Part shown: positions 12,457-26,407 of the stretch, in pieces
How positions within the stretch are numbered: position 1 is the first letter of the stretch
Layout of the letters: each line of letters opens with the position of its first letter
Source: Schmidtea polychroa
Lineage: Eukaryota
Assembly: GCA_044892525.1 (NCBI GenBank)
Contig: CM097886.1
Location: 130,882,001-130,946,000 of the forward strand
Length of the DNA: 64,000 nucleotides
Reading direction: 5' to 3'
Notes under the pieces: generated by a model
The model's input: only the letters and a program-made list of their open reading frames with translations
Databases searched by the model: none
What the model was told of the DNA's origin: nothing
Position numbers and translations under genes: made by a program

Positions 12457-13516
12457 TGTTGGGTTTTAGATTACTTTAAGTCGGTTCCATCTGACTCCTC
12501 GTGTCCTTTAAATCAAAACAATAACGACCCAACGTATATTGAAATAACAAATTCACAATCCTTTATCACCACTTTACAATTAACAATCAAAATTCCGTTT
12601 AACCGATTCTCCGCTCGGTGTTGATGCTTTGATAAAGATAATATTCACCTTTTAGTTTCTTAGGTTCTCTTGACCAACGTTTTCCTCTTTTTCTGTTTGA
12701 TTTGATCCTTTTCACGCTTTTTATTCTTATTCTATCTCTTCTTTTTCCTTAATCTCCTAGATCCGTTTTCGCCTTTTCCTACGCTCAGTTTCTTCTTACC
12801 CTACCTGAGGCAAAATGCCAATTTTCTCTGATTTTCCCTTTCCTTATATACTCCTCGAAATCGGGATGACAAATGGTTATTGCCGAGCCAATCTTTCACT
12901 TGACATTTGCTTCCAAGTATCTGCTTCGGCTGTCACCCATAATGGTCCAACGAACCAAGATAATTAATGGCCCTTCCGGCCTTTCTACACGCACTATCTT
13001 CTCCTTGCTCTTTTCCAATTAATCATTGCGTCAAGCTAATGGGCCCAAATCTTCCTTTTGTTTACTTTTCTTCTTGTTTACTCAGCTCGGGTTTCCTTCA
13101 TCTCTCGGGTTCTCCACTGGCTCGGGTTTCCCATTAGCTCGGGTTTTCTATTAGCCAATTAATTAATTAATTAACATTTTCTGTTTTTACACATTTGAAT
13201 GCTTTTCGACCCTTCCTAACCATTTTCTGATAAATCCCTAATCATCATCTTGTTGACCATTAGCTAATCTATACCTGTCCCGTTTTCCCCATTCGATTTC
13301 GATGATTTTACCATTTATTGATTTTTCTCGGATTTCCGGATTCTTGCCTTTCGTAATTGCTTTTGGGCATTTTCTAATACTGCTTCCATCACACTTTCCT
13401 TTACTATCGATTCTGTGCATGATCATGCTTTTATTTGTCTTTTTCTTCACTTATTTTTTATTTAAATTATTAACCTAAATTTCATTTCAATTTATTTTAA
13501 TTTGCGGACCTCAACA
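12457..13516 (-). mobile_element. Solo LTR of the same family as the 26408-41041 element
   Basis: Reverse complement is colinear with the element's LTRs; TGT...ACA ends; 4-bp TSD GAAG (12453-12456 and 13517-13520); visibly more diverged and has 4 rather than 6 ACCCGAG motifs. Confidence 0.92.
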
Positions 13517-14133
13517 GAAGTGATGGAAGTCGGTGGTCACTGATGAAATTATTTCTACAAAGTAAAAGTTCCCTATAAGACTGGAACACAAAAATAAATT
13601 GACCAAAAAGTTGTTTTGAACATAAATCATTGCATTAGAACAGAAATATTTGTTTGACTATAAAAACAAAATATGAAATTGGCTAAATTAATTTCTTAAT
13701 GGGGAAAATTTGCCTATATATAAAGGCTGGAAAAGTTTCCTCACTTTTTCTATAAGAACACAGAAATCAACGAAGTTATAAAAGAAAGGCAAAGTAAAGA
13801 AATATGAAGTTAAAATTTATCAACCTGATTAAACAAAAAGTGTCTACCTTTATGTAAATTTGAAATTAAAACGTTGAACGCCGTGCGAATCGTATACGAT
13901 GCACAATACATTTGTTTTTTAGAATTGCGGCATTCGTCGTGTTAAATTGTGCCATGGATCAATTTAGTCTAAGCTCGTATTTAATTATATATTGTTAATA
14001 AAAATTTGGTATGGTTTGATCTTTGTATTTGCTTATCGAACACGGGGGTCAGGTTTAAGATCTTTCTTACTGACACTTTAATTGAGCTGGATCTGAAAAT
14101 GTAGTTGTGTTTTCACCTATTTGATTATACTAG

Positions 14134-16168
14134 GATGATCTGAGTTGCCTCGTACGACATTGGTAAGGTTTCCTTATTCCACTTATTAACTCCTCTTTGA
14201 TTCTTCGTTATGTAGCCATCTAACTTTCCACCCTACAATAAAAATTTACACATTTCAAAAAGACTTATTTAAGGTAATTGTTAATTTTTTAGCTTTTTTC
14301 TGTAAATTTCATTTATTAATTTGTGAATCCTTTCAAACTATAAAATTCGCTTTGTTTAAATATTCAAATTGGAAATTTTTATATTTAAAATAAAACCTTA
14401 CTTGATTTGTAATTTTTTATTGACATTATTTTGTCTTTTAAAAATTAATCGAAATCTTTTATTTCTTACTTGAAATCGAATTCATAAGAATTTGTGACTA
14501 TGAAAACATGTCTGTCAACCCACCCTTCTTTCTATCAGCTCCTCTTTGCTTATTCGGATTTGTCTTTTCCGTTGTAGGTTATTATTATTTTTGATGCTTC
14601 AATTTTTAAATCTTTGAGATTGGAATTTTCAAATTCACAATTATACAAGAATCTTACTGACTAAAGCATTGGTGGGTCAAGGGTTCCACTGGACCAATGG
14701 CAGGTCAAGGTCATCTAGTAAGAGGACGGTTTTTAGGTTTTAGTGATTTGTGTTATAAAATTAACCAATTAAGGTTGTAGATGCCTTTCTAGTCTGAAAG
14801 ACAAAATTATCAATGGTTTTAATATATTGAATTTCAATAACTTGAAATTATAATTTTGAAAATCATTTTATGACATTAAAAGTTGAAAGTTTTTGAAGAA
14901 ATGTCATCTTCCTTTTAAGCACTAATAAAGTACTGTAAAAATTTTTAAGAACAGTATGAAAAATTCTTGCTAAATATTATAAGGCGTGACCTTCTCCATT
15001 GCTCTACCTATGGATCCGTCAATGCACCGGACTTTGTTTGCCGAGGCTGCTTGCGTCCTAATTAACCCAAAGTCATAAACCCATAGAACTATATTTGCAT
15101 TAAAACAGCATTTAACTTTTTCTTAATCTTAAATCACATAATAGATGAAACATTAGAAATTGACTTGTTTTGAACACGAAAGAAGGCCAATCGTCCATTC
15201 CTCTTTCCTCCCCCTAATGTTGGACTTAGCCAAGTATATACCTAAAACAAAGACATTTTGACTTTCTTAATTTCTAACAATCATATTTATCAGAAAATAC
15301 TAGCATTATTTAGAAAAGAATTTTTTATATTTTTCTAATCTTATTTCATAAACCATTACAAATAATATATTCAGTGCTTTTTTCTGACGGAACGCTCCGG
15401 AACGGCGTTCCGGCTCCTTTTTTCGCTGAATGATTTTAAAAAATTGACATATGTTTTGGTTTTTTGTCATATTTCTATATCTGACATTTCAAATAGTCAA
15501 TTACAATCAAATTAAAAGTAGTAGTCGTACGCCAAAGCGAGTGAATCATAACTCCGTGCTTCCTATGTGTTATAACTATTATATAAAACATGCTCACGGT
15601 AAATATACGCCATTAAAATACTACGTCATTACTAATAACTAATAAGTGTATATTTTGTGTCCTGCATAATTATTTTATTTGTTAGCTAATTTCAGCGTTA
15701 TTTTTTTGCATATAAAGGATAGTACAGATAAGTTCTGGCACCTTTTTTCCATGAAATTGTTCATTGTTATTTTGTAATTTCCTTTATTTTCTTATATTTG
15801 TAGACTATCGATCAATATTTTGTTTCTTATTTAATACGAATTTTTAGCACTGCCTTTTTATTTGTTTTTGTTTATATTAATAATTATTTCCCTGGCAGCA
15901 ATTTTATTAATTGTAATTAATAATTGAAAGATTGCAATAATATTATTGGCTGTTTTTTTTGTAATTTTATATATTTTTAGAATTGAAAAAAAAATCCAAT
16001 AAAATATCCCCAGATTCCAATAGTGGAGAAGGTACTGAAAATGATACTGAAGATCTAGAAATGGATCATCCATCTCTCCATTCTACGGTATTCCCGACTA
16101 ATAAGCATTTACAAGAGGATGCAGAAGATGGATTGTCATCAGTTCCTTTACTTGATTCTATAAACTGA
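14134..16168 (+). CDS. Possible small spliced host gene of unknown function (partial model)
   Basis: Exons 14134-14162 and 14216-14273 join in frame over a 53-nt GT-AG intron (DDLSCLVRHCHLTFHPTIKIYTFQKDLFK); a last-exon-like ORF ends at 16168 after a TTTTAG acceptor. Middle exons not resolved. Confidence 0.3.
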
Positions 16169-17655
16169 TTGACTTTTTTCCAGTTCTGTAATATGTTTAG
16201 TATTTTTAAAAATATTTCGCTACCTCTTATTTATGAAATCAATTAAAATATTTGATTAACAGTTTGTAATAGATTCGTCAACCTCCGTTTCCCTTGAAAT
16301 TAGATGATTCGGTATTCGGTAAGGGTCTTGTGGTTACAGAGGAAATGAGTTTTATTTGGAAAACGGTCAAATTCACAAAGTTTAATAGCTAAGGAAATAT
16401 ATACCGATAATGACAATGTCAGGGGATATCTCATACCTTCATATTAGCTATAGCTAGGGGTCGGTTGTGGTTGTCAATGCACGGGAAATTCATATAAATT
16501 TTTTTAATTCTTTTTGAAAGAGTTGAATAGTAAAAAAATTAACAGTTTAATCTCATTCTAATGTTCGATTTTTGGGAAACTCAAATTGTAGTATAAAGCA
16601 GAAACGATATTTAAAATATGAGAAATCGGTAAAGAAATCGGAGAGAAATCAAAATAAGATGAAGAAATTGTAAAATTAAAAAATTAAATTAGAATATCAG
16701 AAAAAAAAATCTGAAAATAAATTTTATTAACAATCCATAATAATAATAATTTTCAATGCGATTTCTAATGGCAGACTAATTCGAGCTTATTTGTCTCTCT
16801 TGGGTATTATATAAAGAACACAATAGAACCCAATAACAAGGTGAATAATGGTAAACACATCTTTTTAAAAGAAATTAGAAAGTAAAAGTAGAGTGTCAGT
16901 GGGGCACCATATAATGCTCCCGTGGCCATGTTATTGTAAGTTTCTCTCTAGCTTGATATTTTAGGATGTGTGAAATCCCAGGAATAAATGTGATCCATAT
17001 TAGCATAAACGCTTTACAAAGTTTGGAGTCTCCACATAAAAGTAAAATTACAACCATTTTTATTTGTACGACAGCACATGAATATTAAAATTAATTTACC
17101 ATCAAAAGATAGATCACAACATTTAATCCAAGGTTTTCATAAATGCCAATACGATTTTCATGAGATTGATTTCATTCGCGAATACAAGTCATATATCCCT
17201 ATTGGAACTTGGTTTAGAACCAAATCGATAACTATTTGATGAGCATCATGTAATAGACAATATGCTTTGAGGATCCATTACAATGCAGTTATGAGAAGTT
17301 GAGAATTTTCAAATTTTCTTGACTAGGGTGAAATGATATTGAATAGTGGTCGGTGTGAGTTGATAGAGAAAAGTAGATTAGGAAAAATTTATCGATAATG
17401 ACCTAAATGACATTGATATAGTTTCAATAATATAAATAAAACGTACCAATAATAAATGTTTGTGTATGTGTGTGTGCTACTGCAAAAACTGAAATTAAAT
17501 AGTGGCTTATACACCCAGTTTCATTGGATTCCACTAAACTCCGCTGAGATACATCTATAATATAAGAAAAAAATCAATAACTTTGTGACTCTGATGTTAT
17601 TCTTTGTAAGTGCAATGAGTCACACTCTAGGGCAGTGTTTCTCACCGGTGGGGCA

Positions 17656-20600
17656 CAGTGGCGGATTTAGAATTTGGTGCGTGGGGGGGCGAGGAAAATT
17701 TTCAGGGGGCGCCACAAATTATGAAGATGGTACTACTTATTTTCGCGAGTATTGAGTGAATACTAATATTATTAAAAAGCATTATATAATATAATTTATA
17801 TTCAGTAAATTTATTGATGTAACAAACATACAAGTTTATTTATTATTTAAATTGCTTCCTGTGTGATTTCATTGAAGCAAAATGATTTATAGTCGATTCA
17901 AAGTCAATGTTCTCAGCCAGTTCGCGTTCTATTGAAATTAATACTAATCCAGACAGACGTTCGTTTGTCATTGTTGATCGCAAACAATTTTTAATGATTT
18001 TCAGTCTACTGAAACTTCTTTCAGCAGTAGCAGATGTAACAGGAAGAGTCAAGTATATTTTATAGAGAATTCCCAAATTGGGAAGTTCTGGCGTCATCTG
18101 TTTTTCAACCAAGAAAGGCAGCACCCTTTTAAGTTGTAATTCACAAGATAGTAATGGGGGTATTGATGCATACACGTATTTGAAAGTATCATATTCTAGG
18201 ATTGCTTCTTCAATATTAATATCGTTTTTGTAAATGTCGCATAAATTTTGTAAAGATTCTTTATTTTCTTCTGATATTTGTGATGGATCAAGATAGGAGA
18301 ATAAAGCAACAGTGTTATGAAAATCATTGAAACGTTCATTTAGTTGTGTTACAAGTGTATCCAAAACAGTGAAATACGTTTCACATTTGAAGCTTGTAGT
18401 TGGATCATCAACGCTTTCATCTCTGTTAAGTTCACCTGCCATGCGTTTCCTTTTTGCAACTCGCTTTTCTTTAAATTCTGTTTCAACATCTAGTAAGGAA
18501 CAATTTTTGATAATAAATGATTTTACAGCAACATTTAGACTTTCATAAGCTTTATCACTTCTCATATCAGCAAACTTATTTCTGGCAACATAAATCAATT
18601 GTTTTCCAAACGCAATATCAATGTCCTTTCGTTGCAAATAGTTTGATAACACAAAGATATTATCTAACAGCTTTTGTATAAATAGCATCAGAAAAACAAA
18701 AGAATATTTTGTTATCAAAATAGATAGTCCCATAGCTTTTGCTCTGACACTTCCTTTGTGTTCTTTTGATTCCCCAAAATTTATATCTTCTAGAGTAGAT
18801 ATAATAGGGGAGAATGATCCAACAACTGTATCAACTGCATGCTTTCGGCTTGCCCATCTTGTATCAGAAAGTCGTTTTAGAGTATCTACTGTCGATTCAT
18901 ATCGAGACTTCTGATGTTCTTCGAGAATATGTAGTCGTGGTAGACTTGATGTAAGGAAAGTATACAACTTTTCTGTTGTACCAAAAAACAACTGAACATC
19001 ACTGTTAAGAGACATTGCTTCAATAGTCACCAAATTCAATGCATGAGAACAACAGTGAACAAAGATGGCATTTGGTGAAAGTGTCTTTATCTTAGTTTGA
19101 AGACCATTTTTAATCCCAGACATCACAGAGGCACATTCATATGTATGTCCTCTACAAAGTGTAATGTAAATGTTTCGCTTTTGTAACTCCGTTAATAATA
19201 TATTAGAAAATGCTGCAGCATTACTGTTTTCCAACGTGTAGAAGCCTATAAATCGTTCAACAACTTGTCCTGATTTTAACACTAATCTTAAAGAAACTGA
19301 CATCTGATCTGGATATATCAATTGTTGAATCAACAATTAGAGAAAAGAATTGTGCAGACCTAACTTCATTATCGATATTTGCGGATAATTCTGAGGCAGG
19401 TGATTGAATTAGGTCATTTTGTACATCATGACATAAATAAAGTTCATTTTTCTTTTCAAACTTTAGATGATTGTCCAAAGTGGAATCATATTTAGCCAAT
19501 AAAAATAGCAATTCACGAAAATTTCCAGTATTACTACACCTGTCAGAGCCAGAATGTTCTCTGTGTCCTCTAAATGGCAAACCTTGTTTTGCTAAAAACA
19601 ACGTTGCATCTACCATTCATTTCAAAACTTCTCTATTTTTTCCCACTTGATAACGCTCCTGACTGATCAAACCAGATATCACAGTTTTATCATTTGAAAT
19701 GTGATATTTAGCCAGCAAATATTGACATATTGCACTTTGATGTTGATTGGAAGTTTCATGTTTAACGATTTTTTCCATGCCTTTTTTCCAGTTATAAACT
19801 CCAAAATTTGGGTCGGACCATTCCTTGCTATAATTTTCAGTTTTACAATCAGCGAATAACCAGCAAGCTTGGCAATGCATTTTTTGCTTTGTTGGTGAAT
19901 AGACAAGCCAATTTCTTTCCTCCTTCATACTACCTTTTCCAAAACATTTTGTGTACCAAGAAATTTGAAACTTGCGCCCCAATTCATCTGTCGGAAATTG
20001 AAATGGTTCATTGAGTCCAAGTTGACATGGTCCGATTTCAAACAATTTTCGTATCAGTTTCGAGCTTATGCTCATATTAATGTTGAATCCTGGATCTGTA
20101 GGAAAGTCGGATTGAGGAAGAAGTGGTTCTTGTAAAATATCTGAAGCAAGTTGTTTTTCCACTGTATCAAATTCTGAATCACCCTGATTATGTTTCAAGC
20201 CCTGAGCAGGTAATGTTACCGTCTCAGTATTCTCTGCACATGAATGTATAGCTGGGTGTTGTTCATCAACTATAGATAGTACTTGCTCGTATTCAACAAG
20301 AACTTCAAATGATGTTTCTGTCTCAGCAGGCTCAGGACAGGAACTCGAATGCGTAGATGGGTGTTGATCATCAAATACATGCTCATTTTTAGCAGAAACT
20401 TCAGTTGATTGAACTACTGGCAGTTTAGACTGTTTAGTTATAAATGATGTTAACTTAATATATTTGCTAGCATCTGCCTTGAGACTGGCTTCCTTTGCCA
20501 ATTTACGCCTAGATGATCCACTTAATTTGGTAACTGCTTTGCTTTTATTAGTGTCACCAGCTGACTCAGCCATGGCTCTAATTTAAATTTTATTTTAATT

Positions 20601-21223
20601 CAATATTGAATATTATTTTAATATTTCAATAGTAAAGCAATAATTTGTTTGTCAAAAAAGTCCAAATTGACAATAATTATTATGGTTAGATTTATGTACA
20701 AACACTATACAAGCTTAAAAACTTCAAACAGTCGCTCTTCACTGGAGCTATGTAATATTATTAATATAATGCAGCATAACAGCTGGAGTTGCTTAAATCC
20801 AGTTGAACTTTGTACACAGACAAAACTGTAATAAGAGAAAGGCCAGGCCGTCTGGTCAGTGGCAGTCTCAGCACTACTGAGTAAGCAGTAATCTGCACTA
20901 CTGAAGAATATGCCTGCTGCTGTGCTGCATCAACTATGTTTAACAACATAGCAGAGTAATAGGTACTATCAATAATAATAATAATCTATAAACGGTGACT
21001 CTGAGCAGCTGTATGCGGCAGTGATAGTAGAATACATTTCAATCCATTTAGCTCTTCCAAATCAAAGATATATTAAATTGTCAGTGTCAGTGATCGGATT
21101 AATCTTAATGCTTGTACACATTCATAAAAATTATCTTTGGGGACGCCAATTAGGATTCAACAGGGGCGTGGAGGGGCGACTCGCCCCCCCCCCCCCCCAC
21201 GCCTATAGCTAAATCCGCCACTG
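17656..21223 (-). mobile_element. hAT DNA transposon (ZMYM1-like transposase family)
   Basis: 15-bp TIR CAGTGGCGGATTTAG / CTAAATCCGCCACTG; decayed 8-bp TSD GTGGGGCA vs ATGGAGCA (6/8). Confidence 0.9.
17843..20573 (-). pseudogene. hAT transposase, disrupted (in-frame TGA at 19617-19619 and a frameshift near 19310)
   Basis: TTF-type zinc finger (WLVYS...CQACWLF), QGLPFRGHRE, VDSTIDIS, VHCCSHALNL, DTRW, and dimerisation motif LPVTSATAERSFSRLKIIK. Confidence 0.92.
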
Positions 21224-22200
21224 ATGGAGCATCGCAAGTGGTGGCTCGTACTCAAAAATGTTTTGAAAGCAATAAAAAAAATTCCAAAAAATTTTTTATT
21301 TATATAAAAACTCAATTCTTCTTGTTTTTCAACAAAATTCTTTAATTACTAATTCATAAAAATTGTCTTTGTAGCCAAAAGTTATTTTGAAAAGATATTA
21401 ACATTTTAAAATATAAAAATTCTCAAAATTTAAGTGCAAGGAATGCTTGCATTGCTTACATGGACGAGCCGCACTGGGTATCGCGCTTCAGAGGTAGTAC
21501 ACATTAGCAATTATCAACTATTCCACATATATTTTATTTAATATAATATGCTCATCCACGACTTAATATAACAACGTGCATACAGCAATTTCATCGACCG
21601 TTATTTTTGCATACTGGCAATACTGGTTATCAAAGTTTGTCAGCTCCTTCAAAGGGCCCGGTGGGGGATATGACTTTTAAAAATACTACGGTGGGCATGG
21701 TATAAAAATGTCGGGAAACACTGATTTAGATCAATAAATTCAAACTACATACAATTTTTTGATCTATTAATAAAGTAAAAGAAATTGAAATATTCGATAA
21801 ATGATGAATTAATTTTAGTTTCCACATTTTGATTTTACTAATGAGTAAAAATTTAAATACATTGTAAAATCATACTAGTCAAAATTAAAAATGATCAATG
21901 ATTTGAAAGTACATTATTTAATTATAATGATTTATAAAATATAATATTTAGGTTTTTACAATTAATGAACTAAGCTTACTATATACGAGGCGTTTTCATT
22001 GATATCCACACATAAATATTTCAAATGAAATTCTTATTAAATTATCATAACTAAAATTATTTAAATGAATAATTTTCATGTTAAAATTAAATAAATGTTT
22101 TAAACTTAAATTTGGTTTTTAATTATTAATAAAGTAAAACATTTTTGTTTAAATTTTTAAATTTCACATAATCTAGACTTATTTGAATTATTATTCGCAA

Positions 22201-22603
22201 ATGGTTAATAAAAATATAGATAAGAAATCTAGCAAGAAAGAGACTGCTACCAAAGAATGTACTGTTAACATCCACAAAAGAATCCATGGTATTGGATTTA
22301 AACACCGTGCCCCAAGAGCAATTAAAGAAATTAAAAAATTTGCTCAAAAACAAATGGGTACTGAAGATGTCCGTGTCGACGTCAGACTTAATAAGTAAAT
22401 TTTTTAATGCTAAATATTTTATATTTTAAAATATATTTAGATTTGTTTGGAGCAAGGGTATTAGAAACGTACCATACAAGGTTCGTGTACGATTAGCAAG
22501 AAAGAAGAATGAAGATGAAGACAGTCCTCATAAAACTTACACTTTGGTCACATACGTTCCATGCACCGATTTTAAAGACAAAGGCACTGTCAACGTTGAA
22601 TAA
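22201..22603 (+). CDS. RPL31: 60S ribosomal protein L31 (118 aa), join(22201..22394,22441..22603)
   Basis: [28 protein letters not shown]...[28 protein letters not shown]; 46-nt GT-AG intron; TAA stop. Confidence 0.97.
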
Positions 22604-23399
22604 ATAAATATATTTAAATTGGATTATTTAACCATTTCTTTTTTGGCTAATGTTATTTATTCTCAGAAATATTTTTAATGTTTTATTTTATTGTAAAATC
22701 GTTCATTGTCGAGATGATTTTATCGATTGTTGACAATATGATTTTAATATGCAGATGAAATCAAATGTCTGTTAAATAGTAAGTTGTTTTTTGAAAACGC
22801 AAAGAAAATGAGAAATTATTTTGATGATCGTCCATTAATTTTCACTAAGATAACGAATGCCAACTCTGTAGCATGATTATAAATTTAAGATTCATTTGTA
22901 TCTTGATAATCTTTCAAATTGTTTTTATTTGATTGTCTAGATTCATTATGTATTCTTTTATTATTAATTACTCATTATTGGTATCGTTTATTTGTGTTTC
23001 TGACAATGTTGAAAGAAGATATTCTATCTGTTGAATGAAAGTAATTATTATTGGTGACTTTTAACCCTTACTGTAAAACCGAATATAATCACTAAAAGAA
23101 TAGGACAACGAATAAGTAATTAATGCATTTTGTAGCCGTGGAATAGTCATGATCGTAGTCAATATTCAACAGATCGTATAAATAGGCATAAAATTTGCAA
23201 TATGAAGTATCAGCGACTTCTATCCTGCCTTTTCCAAAATGTCATATTGAAAACCACATGCTTTTATTTTACATAATTTATATTGGAAAAGAAATCCAGT
23301 ATCAGTTTGTTTGTATTAAAAATTTATTAACTTAGTGAGTTTGTCAGTTGAACCATTAACATATGAAATCTAACATTTATTGAATTTTACCCCTTAGAA

Positions 23400-23780
23400 G
23401 TTACAGCATTGTATGTGTCGTCTTGTTGACCTTGTGCAATTCTGACCTAGACAATTCCACATGGGCCTTGGGAAATTACCAAATTAGTTAATAACAACAT
23501 TGAAAGAGGAGTTTACAAGAAGAACTGAAGGAACTATTTCGAATGTCGACACTGACAGAATTCTATTCAGCTTTAAATGCCAGTAAGTTTAGCATGATAA
23601 AAAATTTTTCTAGTAAATATTTTCTCAATCTTTGGATCAACTTACATATGTGAACAAACATTCTCGTGTTTGAACACTAACAAGTCCAAAACCAGATGTG
23701 AATTTGAAATGTGCTACGAATTACAAGTAAATTAGAGCCTGATTATGAAGAACATGTAGGAATCTCAATTACATATATCT
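23400..23780 (+). pseudogene. Relic of a Buster/GTF2IRD2-type hAT transposase C-terminus
   Basis: FGSTYICEQTFSCLNTNKSKTR read from 23631; boundaries approximate. Confidence 0.65.
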
Positions 23781-24828
23781 CATTGAAATTAATTAAATTG
23801 AAATCCTCTTAATTCTCATGTTAAAATTACAAATGCCGCTAAAGATAATCAAAGCATTAATAGAACCTTTTAATTTTAATTAATAGCCATCACTACCGAT
23901 TTCATTAGCATTTTAGGAAGTCTTAAAACCGTTAATATACATTCTTAAAAAATCTAATTTCAATTTAAACTGAGCAGAAGCAGGCAATAAATATATCGGA
24001 AACTCAGGCTACAGTGTACTCAGTTGAAGTGCGGTAGAGGGTTTAGACAAATCTTTAAGGTCTTTAGTTGAAGGTCATATCAAAGCGATCTGCTAGAACT
24101 TAATTATCCCTATTCAATTATCCTTCTATCGTTTTGGTAGTTTAAGTATATTTTGTGGTCTTTTCATGTTTGATGTACTGAAATTGTGTGAATGTCCGGT
24201 TGCAAATGTTGGTTAACAACAGATTAAGTTTGATGATGTGATCAAGGAGAAGGGATTGCATGTGTGAATTTGAACATAATTTTTTGAAAAAGTTTTTTTC
24301 CCGATTTCTTAGATAACATGAACATTCTCCGATCAGGATCATAAACTTCCATAGAATGAATTGGAATTGTAAATTGAATCCTAATATGATTCGATTTAAA
24401 ATAGAGAATTAATAATTAATCAAGCTTAAGTTGTAACCATCATTCTGACATCCAAGTCTTCCTAATTGCATCCTTTTTTGATTTGATTTAACCTGTCGGG
24501 TCTTTGGGAACATTTCGGAACTTAGGCATGTAGATGTAACAAAAGTATTCCATTAGCTAGGAAGGATCCTATATTTGGCAAATTAAATAATACTACACAA
24601 TTTTTAACTTCAAGTTTCACAGAAAGTGATGGAAAATTTTTAAACTGGTTTTCAAAGAGGTCTTGATTATTTTTACGAGAGCGTTTCTTGAAAGCACTTT
24701 CATACAGAATCCTAATTATACCATGGGTAATGTAATTATATTCATATTTTTTCTATCATTTATTTTTCAGCAATTGTTTCATTTTGGTTTATGGCCAGTC
24801 AATTTTGTTATTTAAATATTTTAATATG

Positions 24829-24829
<1 letters not shown>

Positions 24830-24916
<87 letters not shown>
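24830..24916. repeat. (TA)n microsatellite
   Basis: Direct reading. Confidence 0.98.
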
Positions 24917-24918
<2 letters not shown>

Positions 24919-25462
24919 CCCCTATTATAAACCTGGATTTGTATTTATTCTTTCGGGAGTTTTTGCAAAAAATTGGCAGGCATTTTCAAACATTTGCTGG
25001 ATGTACTGTGGGGAAATCATTCCTACACACTATCAACCACTTTAGTCTTGATGGCCATCGCCTATGGACCCCATAATATTCATTGACCAATATGTAACCG
25101 TCGTAAAGACAATAACAGGTGGCCGTCATTAAGAAGTGAGTCTTATTTTTAGAGTTGATGCGCTATAAACCTGCATTCAAAGTAGGGCAGTCTCAAGCCA
25201 GCCAGAAATGAATAATTCAATGCATGGAGATGGAATGTACTGTATGCCTGTGACAACATTATAAAAAATTTAATACCAGATGCAATTTTGTAGAGACTGA
25301 TACTCGTGACTTAGATTCAGTCTGATCCAGATACCAATTTCTAGCCTTTGCTTTGATGAATCACTTATGTTTTATCGTTAAATTTTCATTTTGGTTGATT
25401 TTTTTCGGATATTCGCGTTGCCTCCGAAATTCCTATCGTTAATCGCATGATGTGACCAAACA

Positions 25463-25570
25463 CCAAATATTGAGAAAATGCTGTATATTTTAAGTGGATT
25501 TAAATATTTTAGCTCAGTAGATTTGGGAAGTGCGTATTACCAGGTATAACTTGAAGAAAAATCGCCAAGC
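25463..25570 (+). pseudogene. Relic of Gypsy-type reverse transcriptase
   Basis: PNIEKMLYILSGFKYFSSVDLGSAYYQV*LEEKSP matches the RT segment P.I..L...G..YFS..DL...YYQ; internal stop; lies outside the TSD-bounded element. Confidence 0.65.
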
Positions 25571-26407
25571 AAATCACGGCTCAATTTTAAACGTGAAATA
25601 ATTTTTTGGATGGTCTTCAGAACAAGTTTGTTGGGTTTATTGGATCGGTGATGAGTTATAAATTCTTCAATTACAGCGTGTTTTATCACTTCACAAATTT
25701 ATAAATTCGAGTAAGATAACTTTTATTAATAATCACAATAAATTGTACATGTTGTAATTACAGCCAATCAATTTTAATATAGACAATTATCCAGAGCTTA
25801 TTACGTCACTACGTGAAGAATAGCTCTCCGTGTACAATTCGCCAATAACAATAGTAATCACTAATCGTTGATCGATTTAATCACAGAAATACATTACTCT
25901 ATTGCTTTGACCACAATTATTTACTCCTTTTCCGCCTTTATAATAGGTTTTCAAAGATTCTCGTTATCCTCTCAATCAATATATTTTCTTAATTCTGAAC
26001 TCTTTTTATTCAACCCTTTAACTCTCCTTTTAACTTTTAATTCTCCCTTTTTATTAACTCTTTTCTAACTAACTCTGAACTAACTCTTTTCTAATTCCTC
26101 TCTAACTTCGTCTGGTCTCGGCATCTTTCCCTTTTATAGTTTGTTACATTGATGTATTTCATATAATTTTGTTTTAACATTTTTTCCTTCCCGCATTTTA
26201 CACTGTCCCTACCTTATCTCTGACAGATGTCGAGATATGCCGGCTTTTTCCTTTTTCTGTTGGGCGATTTTTTTGAAATTTCGATATCTGTGACAAACTG
26301 TCAAGATATTAATTTTTCTCTGTTTTGTTTATGGAATTTGAAATTCTTTTTTCCCCATTTGTACTTGTTAATTAATAATGACCTTTGTTTTAATTTCTTG
26401 TTTGCTT

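Larger units (their letters stand above)
17633..21723. mobile_element. Possible Buster/Charlie-type hAT MITE interrupted by the nested hAT
   Basis: CAGTGTTTCTC at 17633 and GGGAAACACTG ending 21723; flanks CTCTAGGG/ATTTAGAT both have a central TA but match only 4/8. Confidence 0.35.

Noticed and set aside
16765-16810. Sequence resembling a second hammerhead
   Set aside because: Core degraded (no CUGAUGA; GAAU instead of GAAA); at most a dead relic.
25463-26407. Idea that the upstream RT relic is the missing pol of the LTR element
   Set aside because: It lies outside the GCTT TSD and is far more decayed than the element's ORFs.
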